The notes: a model not told the origin generated them from the sequence alone. A stretch of 64,000 nucleotides of DNA from a candidate division LCP-89 bacterium B3_LCP (GCA_005223185.1 NJBN01000002.1:11118-75117); one strand, 5' to 3'; shown: positions 29,843 to 40,816, numbered from the stretch's first letter. Numbers and translations are program-made.

Positions 29843-31225
29843 ATGCTGCGATCTGAAGACGTTTATAACTGGGACAGATTACCGCCCGATCTAAAAGGCA
29901 TGAAGGCATCTGTTCTGGGAATGGCGCGCAGTGGAATGGCGGCAGCACAGTTGCTGAACGAATCCGGCTGTCATGTTTTAGTCAGCGATTCAGCCGATTC
30001 TGCCTCACTGAAAGAAAATGCGGCGGTGTTAGAGAACCTGGGCGTTGATGTCGAACTGAGCGGGCATTCAGATCGCGTTTTGCAGAGTGATTTCATCGTC
30101 CGTAGTCCGGGCATTCCCAGAGACATTCCCATTTTGTATGAAGCCCGCCGCCGGGGCATTTTGATAGTCTCTGAGTTAGAAGTTGCCTTCTGGTTCAACC
30201 GGGCCTCGGTTATCGCGGTTACCGGTTCTAACGGAAAGACCACAACGGTTGAATGGCTGGGTGATCTATTCAATAGAGCTGGCAAGAAAGCGTTCGTATG
30301 TGGAAATGTGGGAAGATCCTTCTCTTCAATCGCAGCGATAACCGCACCTGATGACATCGCCGTAGTTGAAGTCTCCAGCTTTCAATTAGAAGACATTGTC
30401 CTTTTCAATCCACATATTGCGCTTATCACCAATTTTTCTCCAGATCATTTAGACCGATACCAGTCATATGAAGAATATAAAAGAACCAAGTGCAGGATAT
30501 TCGCCAACCAGCATGCTGATGATTTATTGATCTACAACAGGAACGATGATGATCTGGCTACCTATGTCACGAAAGTCCCTGGACGCAAGTCCTCTTTCGG
30601 GCTGGACGAGCCGGAAACTCCGGGCATTGGTTTAAAGGACGAAGACGTCATAATCTCTGATGCTTCACGTCAAATAAATCTCTTAAACCGGAAAAATCTG
30701 TCACTTCCCGGCCGTCATAACCTGGAAAATGCGCTGGCTGTCGCTTATGCAGCCTGGAGTCTGGGAATTGCTAAAGAGATAATTGTCGAATCACTAAAAA
30801 TATTTCCCGGAGTACCGCACAGGCTGGAAAAAGTGGTGGAACGGGACGGTGTCCTCTGGATCAACGATTCCAAAGCAACCAACGTGGCATCAGGAAAGGT
30901 GGCTTTGGAAAGCATGCATCGTCCGGTGATCCTCTTAGCCGGTGGGCGTGATAAGGGCGGAGCATTTTCTGATATAATAGATACTTCTGCTGATAAGATC
31001 AAACAGGTCATAGCTTTTGGAGAAGCTGGCGGCACAATCGAGTCCGCCTGGAATGGACATTTACCTGTAATGCGTGTTGATTCGTTGGCTGAGGCTATCA
31101 CCAAGGCTGATGATATTGCCGAATCAGGCGATGTGGTGCTCTTATCTCCCATGTGCGCCTCTTTCGATGAATTTGAAAATTACGAACAGCGCGGTGATTA
31201 TTTTAGAAATAGAGTCATAGAATAA
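29843..31225 (+). CDS. murD: UDP-MurNAc-L-Ala-D-Glu ligase
   Basis: SPGIP, TGSNGKTT, EVSSFQL, DHLDRY, NDSKATN, LLSPMCASFD. Confidence 0.95.
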   Translation: MLRSEDVYNWDRLPPDLKGMKASVLGMARSGMAAAQLLNESGCHVLVSDSADSASLKENAAVLENLGVDVELSGHSDRVLQSDFIVRSPGIPRDIPILYEARRRGILIVSELEVAFWFNRASVIAVTGSNGKTTTVEWLGDLFNRAGKKAFVCGNVGRSFSSIAAITAPDDIAVVEVSSFQLEDIVLFNPHIALITNFSPDHLDRYQSYEEYKRTKCRIFANQHADDLLIYNRNDDDLATYVTKVPGRKSSFGLDEPETPGIGLKDEDVIISDASRQINLLNRKNLSLPGRHNLENALAVAYAAWSLGIAKEIIVESLKIFPGVPHRLEKVVERDGVLWINDSKATNVASGKVALESMHRPVILLAGGRDKGGAFSDIIDTSADKIKQVIAFGEAGGTIESAWNGHLPVMRVDSLAEAITKADDIAESGDVVLLSPMCASFDEFENYEQRGDYFRNRVIE

Positions 31226-32358
31226 TGCCAGGGAAAATCCAGAAAAACTCAATCTTAGGGTTCACATTCCCGCAATCCGAGTCTCTTCATGGTGACCGTT
31301 TGTTCATTCTCAGCATAGCGCTTCTATGCGCAGTTGGCATTCTCATGGTTTACAGCTCATCGTTCTACATGGCCTGGCAGGATTTCCGCAATCCGTATTA
31401 TTTCTTAAAGAGACATTCGCTACGATTATTGATCGGTTTTGTCGCTTTTATGGCGGCGTACAAGTTCAATTATCATCACCTGCGGCGTTGGAGTATCATA
31501 CCTCTTATCATATCGATAATACTGCTAATCTGGGTACTCATAACAGGCAGTAGATGGATTTCAGTTGGTGGGATAACCTTGCAGCCCTCAGAATTTGCCA
31601 GAATAGCGCTCTTAGTGTATCTTGCTGACTGGTGTTCGCGCAACGCCAACAAACTGCGCCAATCTCCGAAAGGATTTCTGTTTGTTCTAACGCTGGTGAT
31701 GATCACCACCGGGTTGGTGATGGCAGAACCCAGCTATTCAGCAGCTGTTATGATTCTAATCTCCGGAGTGGCATTACTGGTGATGTCTGGAGTCAAGTGG
31801 CGGTACTTGATTGCCGCAGCACTTCCGATCCTACCTGTAGCAGGCTATATGGCAGTAGCAGCGTCTTACCGCTTCAGACGCGTCTTCAGTTTCTTAAATC
31901 CTTTAGCTGATCCACAAGGCGCTGGTTATCACACTATTCAATCGAAGATTGCAGTTGGCAGCGGACAGATCTGGGGTTTCGGTTTCGGCATGAGCGGTCA
32001 GAAATTTCACTTTCTACCTGAATCTCACTGCGACTTTATCTTTTCCATACTCTGTGAAGAGAGAGGTTTCATCGGTGCGGCTCTGGTTCTGTTACTGTTC
32101 ATCCTGTTTTTCTGGCGCGGTATAAGAATAGCCGTCAAAGCACGAGATCATTTTGGCTTTCTATTAGCTGGTAGTCTAATTTTCTGTATTGCTTTTTTTG
32201 CCCTGGTCAACATCGGTGTTGCGTTAGGTTCACTGCCTGTAACAGGTCTTCCACTGCCTTTTATATCTTATGGTGGCAGTGCTTTAATAACCAATCTGCT
32301 GGCTTGTGGAATAGTGCTGAACGTTTCCAAGCATAATAATTCACCGGAGCTGACTTGA
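31225..32358 (+). CDS. ftsW: SEDS peptidoglycan glycosyltransferase FtsW
   Basis: 'QPSEF', 'LPESHCDFIF', 'LPFISYGGS'. Confidence 0.93.
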   Translation: MPGKIQKNSILGFTFPQSESLHGDRLFILSIALLCAVGILMVYSSSFYMAWQDFRNPYYFLKRHSLRLLIGFVAFMAAYKFNYHHLRRWSIIPLIISIILLIWVLITGSRWISVGGITLQPSEFARIALLVYLADWCSRNANKLRQSPKGFLFVLTLVMITTGLVMAEPSYSAAVMILISGVALLVMSGVKWRYLIAAALPILPVAGYMAVAASYRFRRVFSFLNPLADPQGAGYHTIQSKIAVGSGQIWGFGFGMSGQKFHFLPESHCDFIFSILCEERGFIGAALVLLLFILFFWRGIRIAVKARDHFGFLLAGSLIFCIAFFALVNIGVALGSLPVTGLPLPFISYGGSALITNLLACGIVLNVSKHNNSPELT

Positions 32359-33452
32359 GTTCCCCGCGCGTTCTCATCGTTGGGGGAGGTACCGGCGGAC
32401 ACTTATTTCCCGCGCTGGCGGTTGCGGACAAGCTGAGTGAAAAAGGCGCCCAGATCATCTTCGCAGGTACCAGAGCAGGCATTGAAGCTAAGTTAGTACC
32501 CGCCAGAGGTTACTCTTTGAAATTTTTGTGGCTTTCAGGTTTTAAGCGCAACCGTATTATTTCTAATCTGTTATTACCGCTGAAGGTTCTCATATCCCTG
32601 GTGCAGTCTCTGGCAATTATATGGAAGTTCCAGCCACAGGCTGCACTGGGAACGGGCGGATATACCTGCGGACCTCTGCTGTTAATAGCTTCATTATACA
32701 GGATTCCCGTATTCCTGCAGGAACAGAACAGCTTTCCCGGTGTGACCACCAGGATGTTGGCGCGCTTTGCCAGGCGGGTCTTTCTCAATTTTCCCGAAGC
32801 GTCAGAGTTCCTCCCTAAAAGAACCAGGTGGAGCCAATCAGGCAATCCAGTTCGGGCTGACATTGATCAAATCAGCAGAGAAGATGCGCTCTCAAAGTGG
32901 GGTCTTGATCCTTCACTGCCGATCCTGCTGGTATTTGGAGGTTCACAGGGCGCTGCCAGTATTAACCGGGCGGTTAATGAGTGTCTGGAAGAACTTTCGG
33001 CCATGTGCAACTTGATCTGGGGACATGGTAGCAGGGATCAGAAGGAAGTTGATAGTTGGACAGGTAAGGGTAAATTGATAGAGAAGTCGTTTATCGAAGA
33101 TATGCCTTCAGCTTATGCGGCAGCTGATTTAGCTATCTGCCGCAGCGGGGCTATGACCCTGTCCGAACTGCAAGTAGCAAACGTGCCAGCGCTGTTAATT
33201 CCCTATCCTTACGCTGCGGGAGATCATCAGATGCATAATGCTATAGCTTATTCGAAAAAGGGTGGCGCTGTGGTGATTCCTGATGCGGAGTTGAACGGGA
33301 CTAAGCTTATCGCGGAAGTAAAAAATCTTCTGAACAATCCTGAAGAGCTAAAGAATATGCGTAGCGCATTATCCGGGATTCAAAGTATAAACGCCAGCGA
33401 GATGATAGCCGAAGAGATCATTGATTCCATCAGCGAGAAGGTGAAGAGTTAA
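32355..33452 (+). CDS. murG: Lipid II GlcNAc transferase
   Basis: GGGTGGH, EQNSFPG, GNPVR, GGSQGA, RSGA. Confidence 0.96.
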   Translation: MSSPRVLIVGGGTGGHLFPALAVADKLSEKGAQIIFAGTRAGIEAKLVPARGYSLKFLWLSGFKRNRIISNLLLPLKVLISLVQSLAIIWKFQPQAALGTGGYTCGPLLLIASLYRIPVFLQEQNSFPGVTTRMLARFARRVFLNFPEASEFLPKRTRWSQSGNPVRADIDQISREDALSKWGLDPSLPILLVFGGSQGAASINRAVNECLEELSAMCNLIWGHGSRDQKEVDSWTGKGKLIEKSFIEDMPSAYAAADLAICRSGAMTLSELQVANVPALLIPYPYAAGDHQMHNAIAYSKKGGAVVIPDAELNGTKLIAEVKNLLNNPEELKNMRSALSGIQSINASEMIAEEIIDSISEKVKS

Positions 33453-33457
33453 TTCCT

Positions 33458-34834
33458 ATGTTCCTGCGTCTGAAAAATTTGCATTTTATCGGTATAGGCG
33501 GTATCGGTATGTCCGGGATAGCTGAAGTCCTGCTTAATCAAGGATTTAGTGTCAGCGGTTCCGATCTGATGGATTCAGAAACTATAGATCATCTCCGAAG
33601 GCTCGGCGCTGACGTACATATCGGTCATGCTAAGGCTAACGTCAGAAAGGCGCAGGTGGTTGTCTATTCGTCCGCAGTTAAACCGGACAACGTGGAATAT
33701 ATCGAAGCGAAGCGCCAGGGTGTGCCCATCATCGCGAGAGCGGAAATGCTCAGCGAACTTATGCGCATGAAATACGGTATAGCTGTAGCTGGAACTCATG
33801 GCAAGACCACCACCACGTCTATGGTTGCGGCTATAATGACTCAGGCGGACCTTGACCCCACATTTATAGTCGGTGGCAAAGTAAAATCATTGGCTACCAA
33901 CGCGCGCCTGGGTTCTGGTGAATTCTTAGTGGCGGAAGCGGATGAATATGACCGCTCATTCTTAAAACTGACACCGGCAATTGCTATAATCACTACGCTG
34001 GAAACAGAGCATTTAGATACCTACGGAAATCTGGCGGAAATCCGTCGGGCATTCGTAAGATTCACTGAACGGGTTCCTTTCTACGGATCAATTGTCCTTT
34101 GCCTTGATGAACCTGTGGTAGCGTCACTGATCTCTGACATTCGCCGACCCGTAATAACCTATGGAATCGATGCCGGCGCCGACATAAGCGCTGTAGATAT
34201 TTCATTTTCAGAAATGCAATCGACTTTCGATCTGATCGTCAGGGGTGATAGTAGAGGAAAGGTAACTATCAATCAGCCCGGGTTGCATAATGTCAAGAAC
34301 GCTCTGGCTGCCATCGGAGTAGCCGAAGAACTGGAGATAGCTTTTGATTCTATTCAGAAAGGGCTGTCGGGATTTCGTGGCGTAGAGAGGCGCTTTGAGA
34401 TAAAAGGTCAGGCTAAGGGCGTGATGGTAGTGGACGATTATGCACATCATCCCACCGAAGTAAGAGCGACCTTGGCGGCTGCCAGGAATGGATTCGACCG
34501 TCGCATTATAGCGGTCTTTCAGCCTCATCTATTCAGCCGAACCAAGGATTTCACTGAGGACTTCGGAAGGAGTTTCTCCGATGCTGACGTCTTAATTGTA
34601 ACGGACATTTACGCCGCGCGCGAAGAACCTATTCCTGGCGTTAATGGTGAATTGATCGCTGATGCGGCTAAAAATACCGGTCACGAAAATGTGCTTAACA
34701 TTCCCGAAATGGAAGACATTTCACCAGAATTATCGAAGATAGTGCAATCCGGAGACATGGTGATTACTCTGGGAGCAGGCAACATCTGGAAAGTTGCACG
34801 AGATTTCCTTAAATATCTTGAAGATGATGAGTAA
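33458..34834 (+). CDS. murC: UDP-MurNAc-L-alanine ligase
   Basis: GIGGIGMSG, GTHGKTTT, EADEYD, DDYAHHPTE, FQPH. Confidence 0.97.
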   Translation: MFLRLKNLHFIGIGGIGMSGIAEVLLNQGFSVSGSDLMDSETIDHLRRLGADVHIGHAKANVRKAQVVVYSSAVKPDNVEYIEAKRQGVPIIARAEMLSELMRMKYGIAVAGTHGKTTTTSMVAAIMTQADLDPTFIVGGKVKSLATNARLGSGEFLVAEADEYDRSFLKLTPAIAIITTLETEHLDTYGNLAEIRRAFVRFTERVPFYGSIVLCLDEPVVASLISDIRRPVITYGIDAGADISAVDISFSEMQSTFDLIVRGDSRGKVTINQPGLHNVKNALAAIGVAEELEIAFDSIQKGLSGFRGVERRFEIKGQAKGVMVVDDYAHHPTEVRATLAAARNGFDRRIIAVFQPHLFSRTKDFTEDFGRSFSDADVLIVTDIYAAREEPIPGVNGELIADAAKNTGHENVLNIPEMEDISPELSKIVQSGDMVITLGAGNIWKVARDFLKYLEDDE

Positions 34835-34836
34835 TC

Positions 34837-35739
34837 ATGCATCTGCCCGCGGAAATATCCGAAAATGTTTTAATGGGACCGATGACCTCCTATTCTATAG
34901 GCGGACCGGCGAAGTATTATGCAAAACCTGCTGAACAGGAAATACTTATTCGCATATTGCAGTGGGCTTTTGACAATGGGGTACAGACTTTCATCTTGGG
35001 CGGAGGAACCAACATACTGGTTTCCGACCGAGGATTTGAGGGGCTAGTCGTCCATTTGAAAGACCTTGATGTAAAGCCCGTTGAAATAAATGAGAACGGT
35101 GAATGCACAGTAGGGGCCGGTACTATGCTAACTCCCTTTGTCCGGCATTTAGCCGGTAGAGGTTTCAGCGGTATGGAGGATTTGATCGGGATACCCGGTA
35201 CCGTAGGTGGAGCGCTCATTATGAATGCCGGTGCTTATACTCAGGAGATAAACCAGTCTCTGATCTTCGTTGACGTACTGACTGAAAACATGCGAGTTAA
35301 GCGAGTAAAGAAAGAGGAGATAGGTTTTCAATACCGGTCAGCGCCGGGGCTAAAAGGTAAGATTGTGTTGTCCAGTAAATTTCGCTTTACACCTGGTGAT
35401 CCACAGAAGCTCATGACACGCGTGCGCGAAGTAACAGCAATGCGGCGGGATCGCCAACCGCTGAAATGGCATTCCTGCGGATCCGTATTCAAGCGACCAC
35501 CGGGTGACTATGCCGGTAGGTTGATCGAAGCAGCCGGATTGAAAGGAACTTCAGTCGGTGGCGCTGAAATTTCTGACAAACACGCCAACTTCATAATCAA
35601 TCGGGGTAACGCTTCCGCTTCTGATGTGATTGAATTGATAAGAATTGCCAAACGCCGCGTGGAAGAGGAGTTCAGTGTTTCTTTACAGAGAGAGGTATCG
35701 TTAATTGGCTTTAAGAAAAAGGAAATCCAGGACACATAA
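34837..35739 (+). CDS. murB: UDP-N-acetylenolpyruvoylglucosamine reductase
   Basis: GGGTN, IPGTVGG..MNAGAY, GSVFK, HANFIIN. Confidence 0.95.
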   Translation: MHLPAEISENVLMGPMTSYSIGGPAKYYAKPAEQEILIRILQWAFDNGVQTFILGGGTNILVSDRGFEGLVVHLKDLDVKPVEINENGECTVGAGTMLTPFVRHLAGRGFSGMEDLIGIPGTVGGALIMNAGAYTQEINQSLIFVDVLTENMRVKRVKKEEIGFQYRSAPGLKGKIVLSSKFRFTPGDPQKLMTRVREVTAMRRDRQPLKWHSCGSVFKRPPGDYAGRLIEAAGLKGTSVGGAEISDKHANFIINRGNASASDVIELIRIAKRRVEEEFSVSLQREVSLIGFKKKEIQDT

Positions 35740-36520
35740 AAAGGGCAAATCGCATTCATTGCGAATCCTCGTCAGCATATTGATTGCAACGTCAATGGTG
35801 TCGTTGGTGGTCATTGTCGGCTGGTTTTTAAGCCCCAACGTTCTACAATACCTTTCCCAACAGGAATGTTTCAAACTGGAGGAAGTCTGCTTTACGGGTA
35901 ACGAACACATTGAAGAGACGGATCTTCTGTCCCTTCTTCCTGAAGTGATCGGTATCAATCTCTTCTCTCTGGACTTAAATATCATAAAGCATGCGGTACT
36001 ACAGCATCCCTGGGTTTTGGAAGCGTCAGTGCACAGGCGCTTGCCGGATAGACTCTTGATTAGAGTAGAAGAGAAGCAACCAGTTGCCTTAGTAAAGCTA
36101 AAAACTCTTCAGGCAATATCAGCCAGTGGTGATCTTCTGCCTCTGGATAAATGGCATGGTGCCATAGACCTACCGCTAATTCAAGCGGCAAAATTTCAAA
36201 ATTCCCTGAAAGATGATAAAATAAATAACCGACGTTTAATGGATATAACCAGAAGTGTCGCTGCCCTGAAGAAGAGAATCCCCGATCTCTGGCTGTTAAT
36301 TTCGGAAATAACACTTGATAGAAAGGGACGCATAGTGATGTACCCTTCCTGTAGCCATACGTGTATTTTAGTAGGAGATGAACTTGGCTGGCAGCAGATG
36401 CGCGATTTTTATTCCTTTATCATCTTCCAGGGTTCACCAAACGGTATGGTTGATATCAGCTTTGTGGATTTGCGATTTCGGGGGAAGGTAATCGTTCGAA
36501 GAACCAGCAGCGACACCTGA
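35705..36520 (+). CDS. ftsQ: Cell division protein FtsQ/DivIB
   Basis: TM helix, POTRA-like 'PWV..ASVHRRLPDRLLIRVEE', C-terminal 'VDLRF'. Confidence 0.85.
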   Translation: MALRKRKSRTHKKGKSHSLRILVSILIATSMVSLVVIVGWFLSPNVLQYLSQQECFKLEEVCFTGNEHIEETDLLSLLPEVIGINLFSLDLNIIKHAVLQHPWVLEASVHRRLPDRLLIRVEEKQPVALVKLKTLQAISASGDLLPLDKWHGAIDLPLIQAAKFQNSLKDDKINNRRLMDITRSVAALKKRIPDLWLLISEITLDRKGRIVMYPSCSHTCILVGDELGWQQMRDFYSFIIFQGSPNGMVDISFVDLRFRGKVIVRRTSSDT

Positions 36521-36560
36521 TGATCAGCAGGTGCGATCTTTCACCTTTTGCGAGGTACTA

Positions 36561-37850
36561 ATGAACAACAGAAAGCGGAACCCCGGTGAAGGGGAACAGG
36601 ATGTGGTCGTAGGATTAGACCTGGGAACTTCCAGGACTACAGTTGTAATCGCCGAGCGAGATGGTCATTCCCTGAACGTAATCGGTCAGGGAACGAGTCC
36701 TTCCACAGGATTGAAGAACGGTGTGGTGGTCAATATCGAAGGGACGGTCGAAAGCATAATTAACGCTGTCGAAGCTGCTGAGAGGATGGCTAACACGACC
36801 GTCAATTCCGCCTATACGACTATTTCCGGTGATCATATCCGTTCGGTTAATTCCAAAGGTATGATCGCTGTGGGCAGGTCCGGCAACGGGATTGGCAGTA
36901 AGATTTCACGTGAGGATATTCACCGGGTGATAGATACGGCGAGGACAGTTACCTTCCCTGCTGATCGTGAAGTACTCCATGTCGTGCCGCAGGATTTCTT
37001 AGTTGACAATCGCATGGGTTTTAAGGATCCCGTGGGGATCGTGGGTTTAAGACTGGAAGCCAACGTCCATATTATCACAGCTGCGCAGGCGGCTGCTCAG
37101 ACGATTCTGTTCTGCCTGCAGGAAGCTAATATACAACCTGAAGACCTGGTCTTTCAGGCATTAGCAGCCAGTCAATCGGTTCTGACCGAAGACGAACGCG
37201 AATTGGGTATAGCTTTAATTGATATAGGTGCAGGAACGATGGACATAGCAGTCTATCATGAAGGCGCTATCAGGCATACGGCAGTTATCGGTTTAGGAGG
37301 CGAAAGCGTTACCCGTGACCTTGCGCATGGGCTGCGAATCCCCAGAAATGACGCAGAAAATCTGAAACTTGAATTCGGATGTGCGTTAGCTTCCTGCCTG
37401 GAAAATGATTCACCCATAGTCTTGAACGGCAATGAGGAGAGACCCGATCGCAGCGTTGCCCCTGATATCGTCTGTTCGGTCATTCAACCACGCATGGAAG
37501 AGATATATGATTTGGCCATAAAAGAACTCAGGCAGGCAGATTGTTTCGCTAAAATTACCGCAGGAATTGTGTTGACTGGTGGAGCTTCGATGATACCGGG
37601 AAGCGTGGAATTAGCAGAAGAGGTGTTCACCTTGCCCGCGAGGCTGGGAAAACCACGCGGTTTAGGTTGTCTCACCGAGGTTGCCAATGCTCCGGATCAC
37701 GCTACCGCAATTGGGCTCGTGAAATACGGTTTGATGCAGCAGGATTCTGAAATTCGCGGCATGCGGGTTTTACGCAGACGCCGCAGAGGCTATAGATCAA
37801 AGAACAACCGCATCGAAAACATCAAGCGCTGGTTTACGGATATATTTTAA
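36561..37850 (+). CDS. ftsA: Cell division protein FtsA
   Basis: 'GLDLGTS', 'DIGAGT', 'VLTGG', C-terminal amphipathic helix. Confidence 0.95.
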   Translation: MNNRKRNPGEGEQDVVVGLDLGTSRTTVVIAERDGHSLNVIGQGTSPSTGLKNGVVVNIEGTVESIINAVEAAERMANTTVNSAYTTISGDHIRSVNSKGMIAVGRSGNGIGSKISREDIHRVIDTARTVTFPADREVLHVVPQDFLVDNRMGFKDPVGIVGLRLEANVHIITAAQAAAQTILFCLQEANIQPEDLVFQALAASQSVLTEDERELGIALIDIGAGTMDIAVYHEGAIRHTAVIGLGGESVTRDLAHGLRIPRNDAENLKLEFGCALASCLENDSPIVLNGNEERPDRSVAPDIVCSVIQPRMEEIYDLAIKELRQADCFAKITAGIVLTGGASMIPGSVELAEEVFTLPARLGKPRGLGCLTEVANAPDHATAIGLVKYGLMQQDSEIRGMRVLRRRRRGYRSKNNRIENIKRWFTDIF

Positions 37851-37910
37851 GGCTTTCACAAATTGATCATTTGTAGTCATTACAGGTAATTGTATCAAAT
37901 AAAAGTAAAT

Positions 37911-38015
37911 GTCATTCTGAGCAAGCCGAAGGCGCAGCGAAGAATCTCTTGTTATCCGATAATCCCATAGTCGGGTGGCATGCTTCTGGATCGCCAAAGG
38001 CGAGACGAAGCATGT
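37911..38015. repeat. REP-like palindromes between ftsA and ftsZ
   Basis: gtcattctgagc..gcagcgaagaatctc (homolog of 21504-21552) plus copy 2 of the 43-bp repeat (37973-38015). Confidence 0.8.
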
Positions 38016-38069
38016 CTTACACGGCTATATAGACAGAAAAAACAAAACAATTAAATACAGGGAGCGGAA

Positions 38070-39272
38070 ATGGAGGAATTGAGAATAAGATTTGGTGATG
38101 AAGGAGTCAAGCAGGCTCGCATCAAAGTAATCGGCGTCGGGGGCGCTGGCGGAAATGCTTTGAACGGCATGATAGAAGCCAACCTTGCCGGCGTAGAATT
38201 TATCGCCATCAATACCGATGAGCAAGCGCTGGAGATGTCCAGAGCTTCAGTCTGTTTGCCCATAGGTCATACGGGTTTAGGTGCCGGGGCAGATCCCGAA
38301 GTCGGCAGACAGGCGATGGAAGAAGACCGTGAAAAACTCTTTGATCTGTTAATCGATACCGATTTGGTATTTATTACCGCCGGATTGGGAGGTGGAACCG
38401 GTACTGGAGCATCCCCGATCGTTGCCCAGGTTGCGCATGAAATGGGTGTGCTGACTGTCGCAGTGGTAACCAAGCCGTTCTTTTTCGAAGGGCGGCAGCG
38501 CATGGTGCGCGCCGAAGATGGTATCACCAGACTGAAGGATCATGTGGACACTTTGATATTGATACCCAACCAGCGGCTGGTAGCGATTATTGAAAGGGGT
38601 ACTCCACTGAAAGAAGCCTTCCGTAAAGCGGATGAAGTTTTGCTTCAAGCGACCAGAGGTATAAGCGACCTGGTTATGGTACCCGGTTTGATCAACCTTG
38701 ATTTCGCTGACGTCAAAACGGTGATGTCCGCTGGCGGGGATGCGCTTATGGGAGTCGGCGTTGCGCAGGGTGAAAATCGAGCCCTGGAAGCGGCTCAGCA
38801 AGCCATTGCTTCGCCATTTATGGAGGACGTCTGCATTCAGGGAGCTCGTGCGGTTCTAGCTAACATCACCGGCAACTTGAGCTTCGACGATTACAACGAA
38901 GCATCCAACGTCGTCCATGAAGCGGTCGGCGATGATGCCAATATCTTCGTTGGCGCAGTTGTCGATCCCAACATGAACGATGAAGTCAGGGTCACGGTTA
39001 TTGCCACCGGTTTTAATCATATCAGGGAACGCAAGCAAGTAGTACCGGAAAAAGAAGCTAAACCGGCTGGCGATTACCCACGTCAGGTTGCCTATCGTCC
39101 CCTGCGTAAGATCACTGAAAGACCGGCTATATTAACTCCTGGCTCCACCGAATCCGGACCTGTGCAGCCCACTGCCAGCGCTAAAAAACTGCCGCTGGAA
39201 CGCCCCACTGCCGGGATCATAAATCTGGATGACAGGAACATTCCCGCTTTCTTGAGAAAGCAGATGGACTGA
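38070..39272 (+). CDS. ftsZ: Cell division protein FtsZ
   Basis: GVGGAGGN, GGGTGTG, NLDFAD, C-terminal IPAFLRK. Confidence 0.98.
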   Translation: MEELRIRFGDEGVKQARIKVIGVGGAGGNALNGMIEANLAGVEFIAINTDEQALEMSRASVCLPIGHTGLGAGADPEVGRQAMEEDREKLFDLLIDTDLVFITAGLGGGTGTGASPIVAQVAHEMGVLTVAVVTKPFFFEGRQRMVRAEDGITRLKDHVDTLILIPNQRLVAIIERGTPLKEAFRKADEVLLQATRGISDLVMVPGLINLDFADVKTVMSAGGDALMGVGVAQGENRALEAAQQAIASPFMEDVCIQGARAVLANITGNLSFDDYNEASNVVHEAVGDDANIFVGAVVDPNMNDEVRVTVIATGFNHIRERKQVVPEKEAKPAGDYPRQVAYRPLRKITERPAILTPGSTESGPVQPTASAKKLPLERPTAGIINLDDRNIPAFLRKQMD

Positions 39273-39322
39273 AAGCATCGTCTAATGTTGTCTTATTCGG
39301 GAATCGTAAATCCGGTAAATCT

Positions 39323-40816
39323 GTGGTGAGCAAACCCAAACGCGGTCATCGGAAGCCTGAGAAGGGTCTTTTATCCGGCGAGAGGAGAGCCTTCACAATT
39401 CAGTTCCCCAGAAGACCGCAGGCGGTGATAGTTTTCCCCGCTCCCTATTCCGCCGCGATAGCTAACCTGGGCTATCTGACCATCTGGGAAAGGCTTAACA
39501 AGGTACCCGGATTTACCTGTGACCGAGCTGTCTGGAATCCCCGCTCGAAAGATATGCCGAGAGGCATGGAGAGCGGGCTTCCTCTCTCTGACTTTCCCCT
39601 GATTTTCATCTCTTCCAGTTTTGAACTGGACCTGATCCGCTTCCTCGATATGCTAATCACCGCCGGAATAGAACCTGAAATCGTAAAGCGAGGGGAATCC
39701 GATCCGATTGTCGTGGCAGGTGGTATCACGCCAACCTTGAATCCTCATCCCTGGGAACCAGTTGTCGATCTCACCATCCTGGGTGAAGGTGAAGATAGCG
39801 TTTTGGAATGGATTGATATTTATCAGGATTGGATACTAAGTGGAAAAGACAAAGAGAGGCTTCTGGAGGCGAGTTCCCGGCTGAAATATGTCTGGATGCC
39901 GGGAAAGTCAGAAGCTGATTGCCACCAGGCAGAATATAGTTACTACCGGAAAGATCCACCCTGTTCACCGGTTGTTCACCCTCAAGGGCACTTTGGTGAT
40001 TGCTTATTGATAGAGATTAACCGGGGCTGCCCGCATGGCTGTTCCTTCTGTGCTGTCTGCGGTGCGTTTCCAGCCCGGTTCGCAGACACAGAGGCGATCC
40101 TTCAGAAGATTGATGATGCTAAATCATTGAATTCGACCAAGATAGGTCTAGTTGGCGCGGCGGCGGGAGATCACCCTCACCTAAAGGAAATCGTCAGACA
40201 GATAATTGCTTCCGGCAAGGAGATAACCATATCCTCCCTGCGCATCGAACGTACCGATTCGGAACTGCTGCACCTGTTAGCTTCCGGCGGTTTTCGCACT
40301 GTAACGGTAGCTCCCGAGGTCGCTGATGAAGAGCTGCGGCGAAAGATAGGTAAGAGGGCTTCTGACGACGACTTGGTGCAATTGGCGAAGGACTCGGCAC
40401 AGGCAGGTCTGTATAAAATGAGGGCTTATATGCTGATCGGTTTGCCCGATCCAGAACCTCTGGAAAAAGTGGTCGCTTTCGTCAAAATGCTGCGCCGGGA
40501 AGCTCCCACCAGTTTGAAATTAGACTTTAGTTTCTCCAGTTTTATCCCCAAGCCCAGATCGGTATGGCAGGATGCTGTCTTTGCATCCACCAAGGAACTC
40601 AATCAAACCAAACGCTATCTTCGTTCGCACCTCGCGCGGATACCCGGTGTATCCGTAAAGATGGAGTCAACCCGCACCGAACGCCTGAGCGCCGTTCTAT
40701 CCCGCGGTGACTGCCATGTCGGCGAAGCCCTGATCCGTTCCCAACGATCCAGCCGTCCCCTCGAACAGGAACTGAAAGCAGCAGGGATTGAGCCGGAAAG
40801 GTACCTCGTCCCCTGA
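39323..40816 (+). CDS. Radical SAM protein with N-terminal B12-binding-like domain
   Basis: 'EINRGCPHGCSFC' (CxxxCxxC), 'TVAPE', 'YMLIGLP', 'FIPKP'. Confidence 0.85.
   Translation: MVSKPKRGHRKPEKGLLSGERRAFTIQFPRRPQAVIVFPAPYSAAIANLGYLTIWERLNKVPGFTCDRAVWNPRSKDMPRGMESGLPLSDFPLIFISSSFELDLIRFLDMLITAGIEPEIVKRGESDPIVVAGGITPTLNPHPWEPVVDLTILGEGEDSVLEWIDIYQDWILSGKDKERLLEASSRLKYVWMPGKSEADCHQAEYSYYRKDPPCSPVVHPQGHFGDCLLIEINRGCPHGCSFCAVCGAFPARFADTEAILQKIDDAKSLNSTKIGLVGAAAGDHPHLKEIVRQIIASGKEITISSLRIERTDSELLHLLASGGFRTVTVAPEVADEELRRKIGKRASDDDLVQLAKDSAQAGLYKMRAYMLIGLPDPEPLEKVVAFVKMLRREAPTSLKLDFSFSSFIPKPRSVWQDAVFASTKELNQTKRYLRSHLARIPGVSVKMESTRTERLSAVLSRGDCHVGEALIRSQRSSRPLEQELKAAGIEPERYLVP

Noticed and set aside
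35700-35740. Absence of ddl between murB and ftsQ
   Set aside because: This is a common dcw arrangement outside Proteobacteria and is not remarkable.
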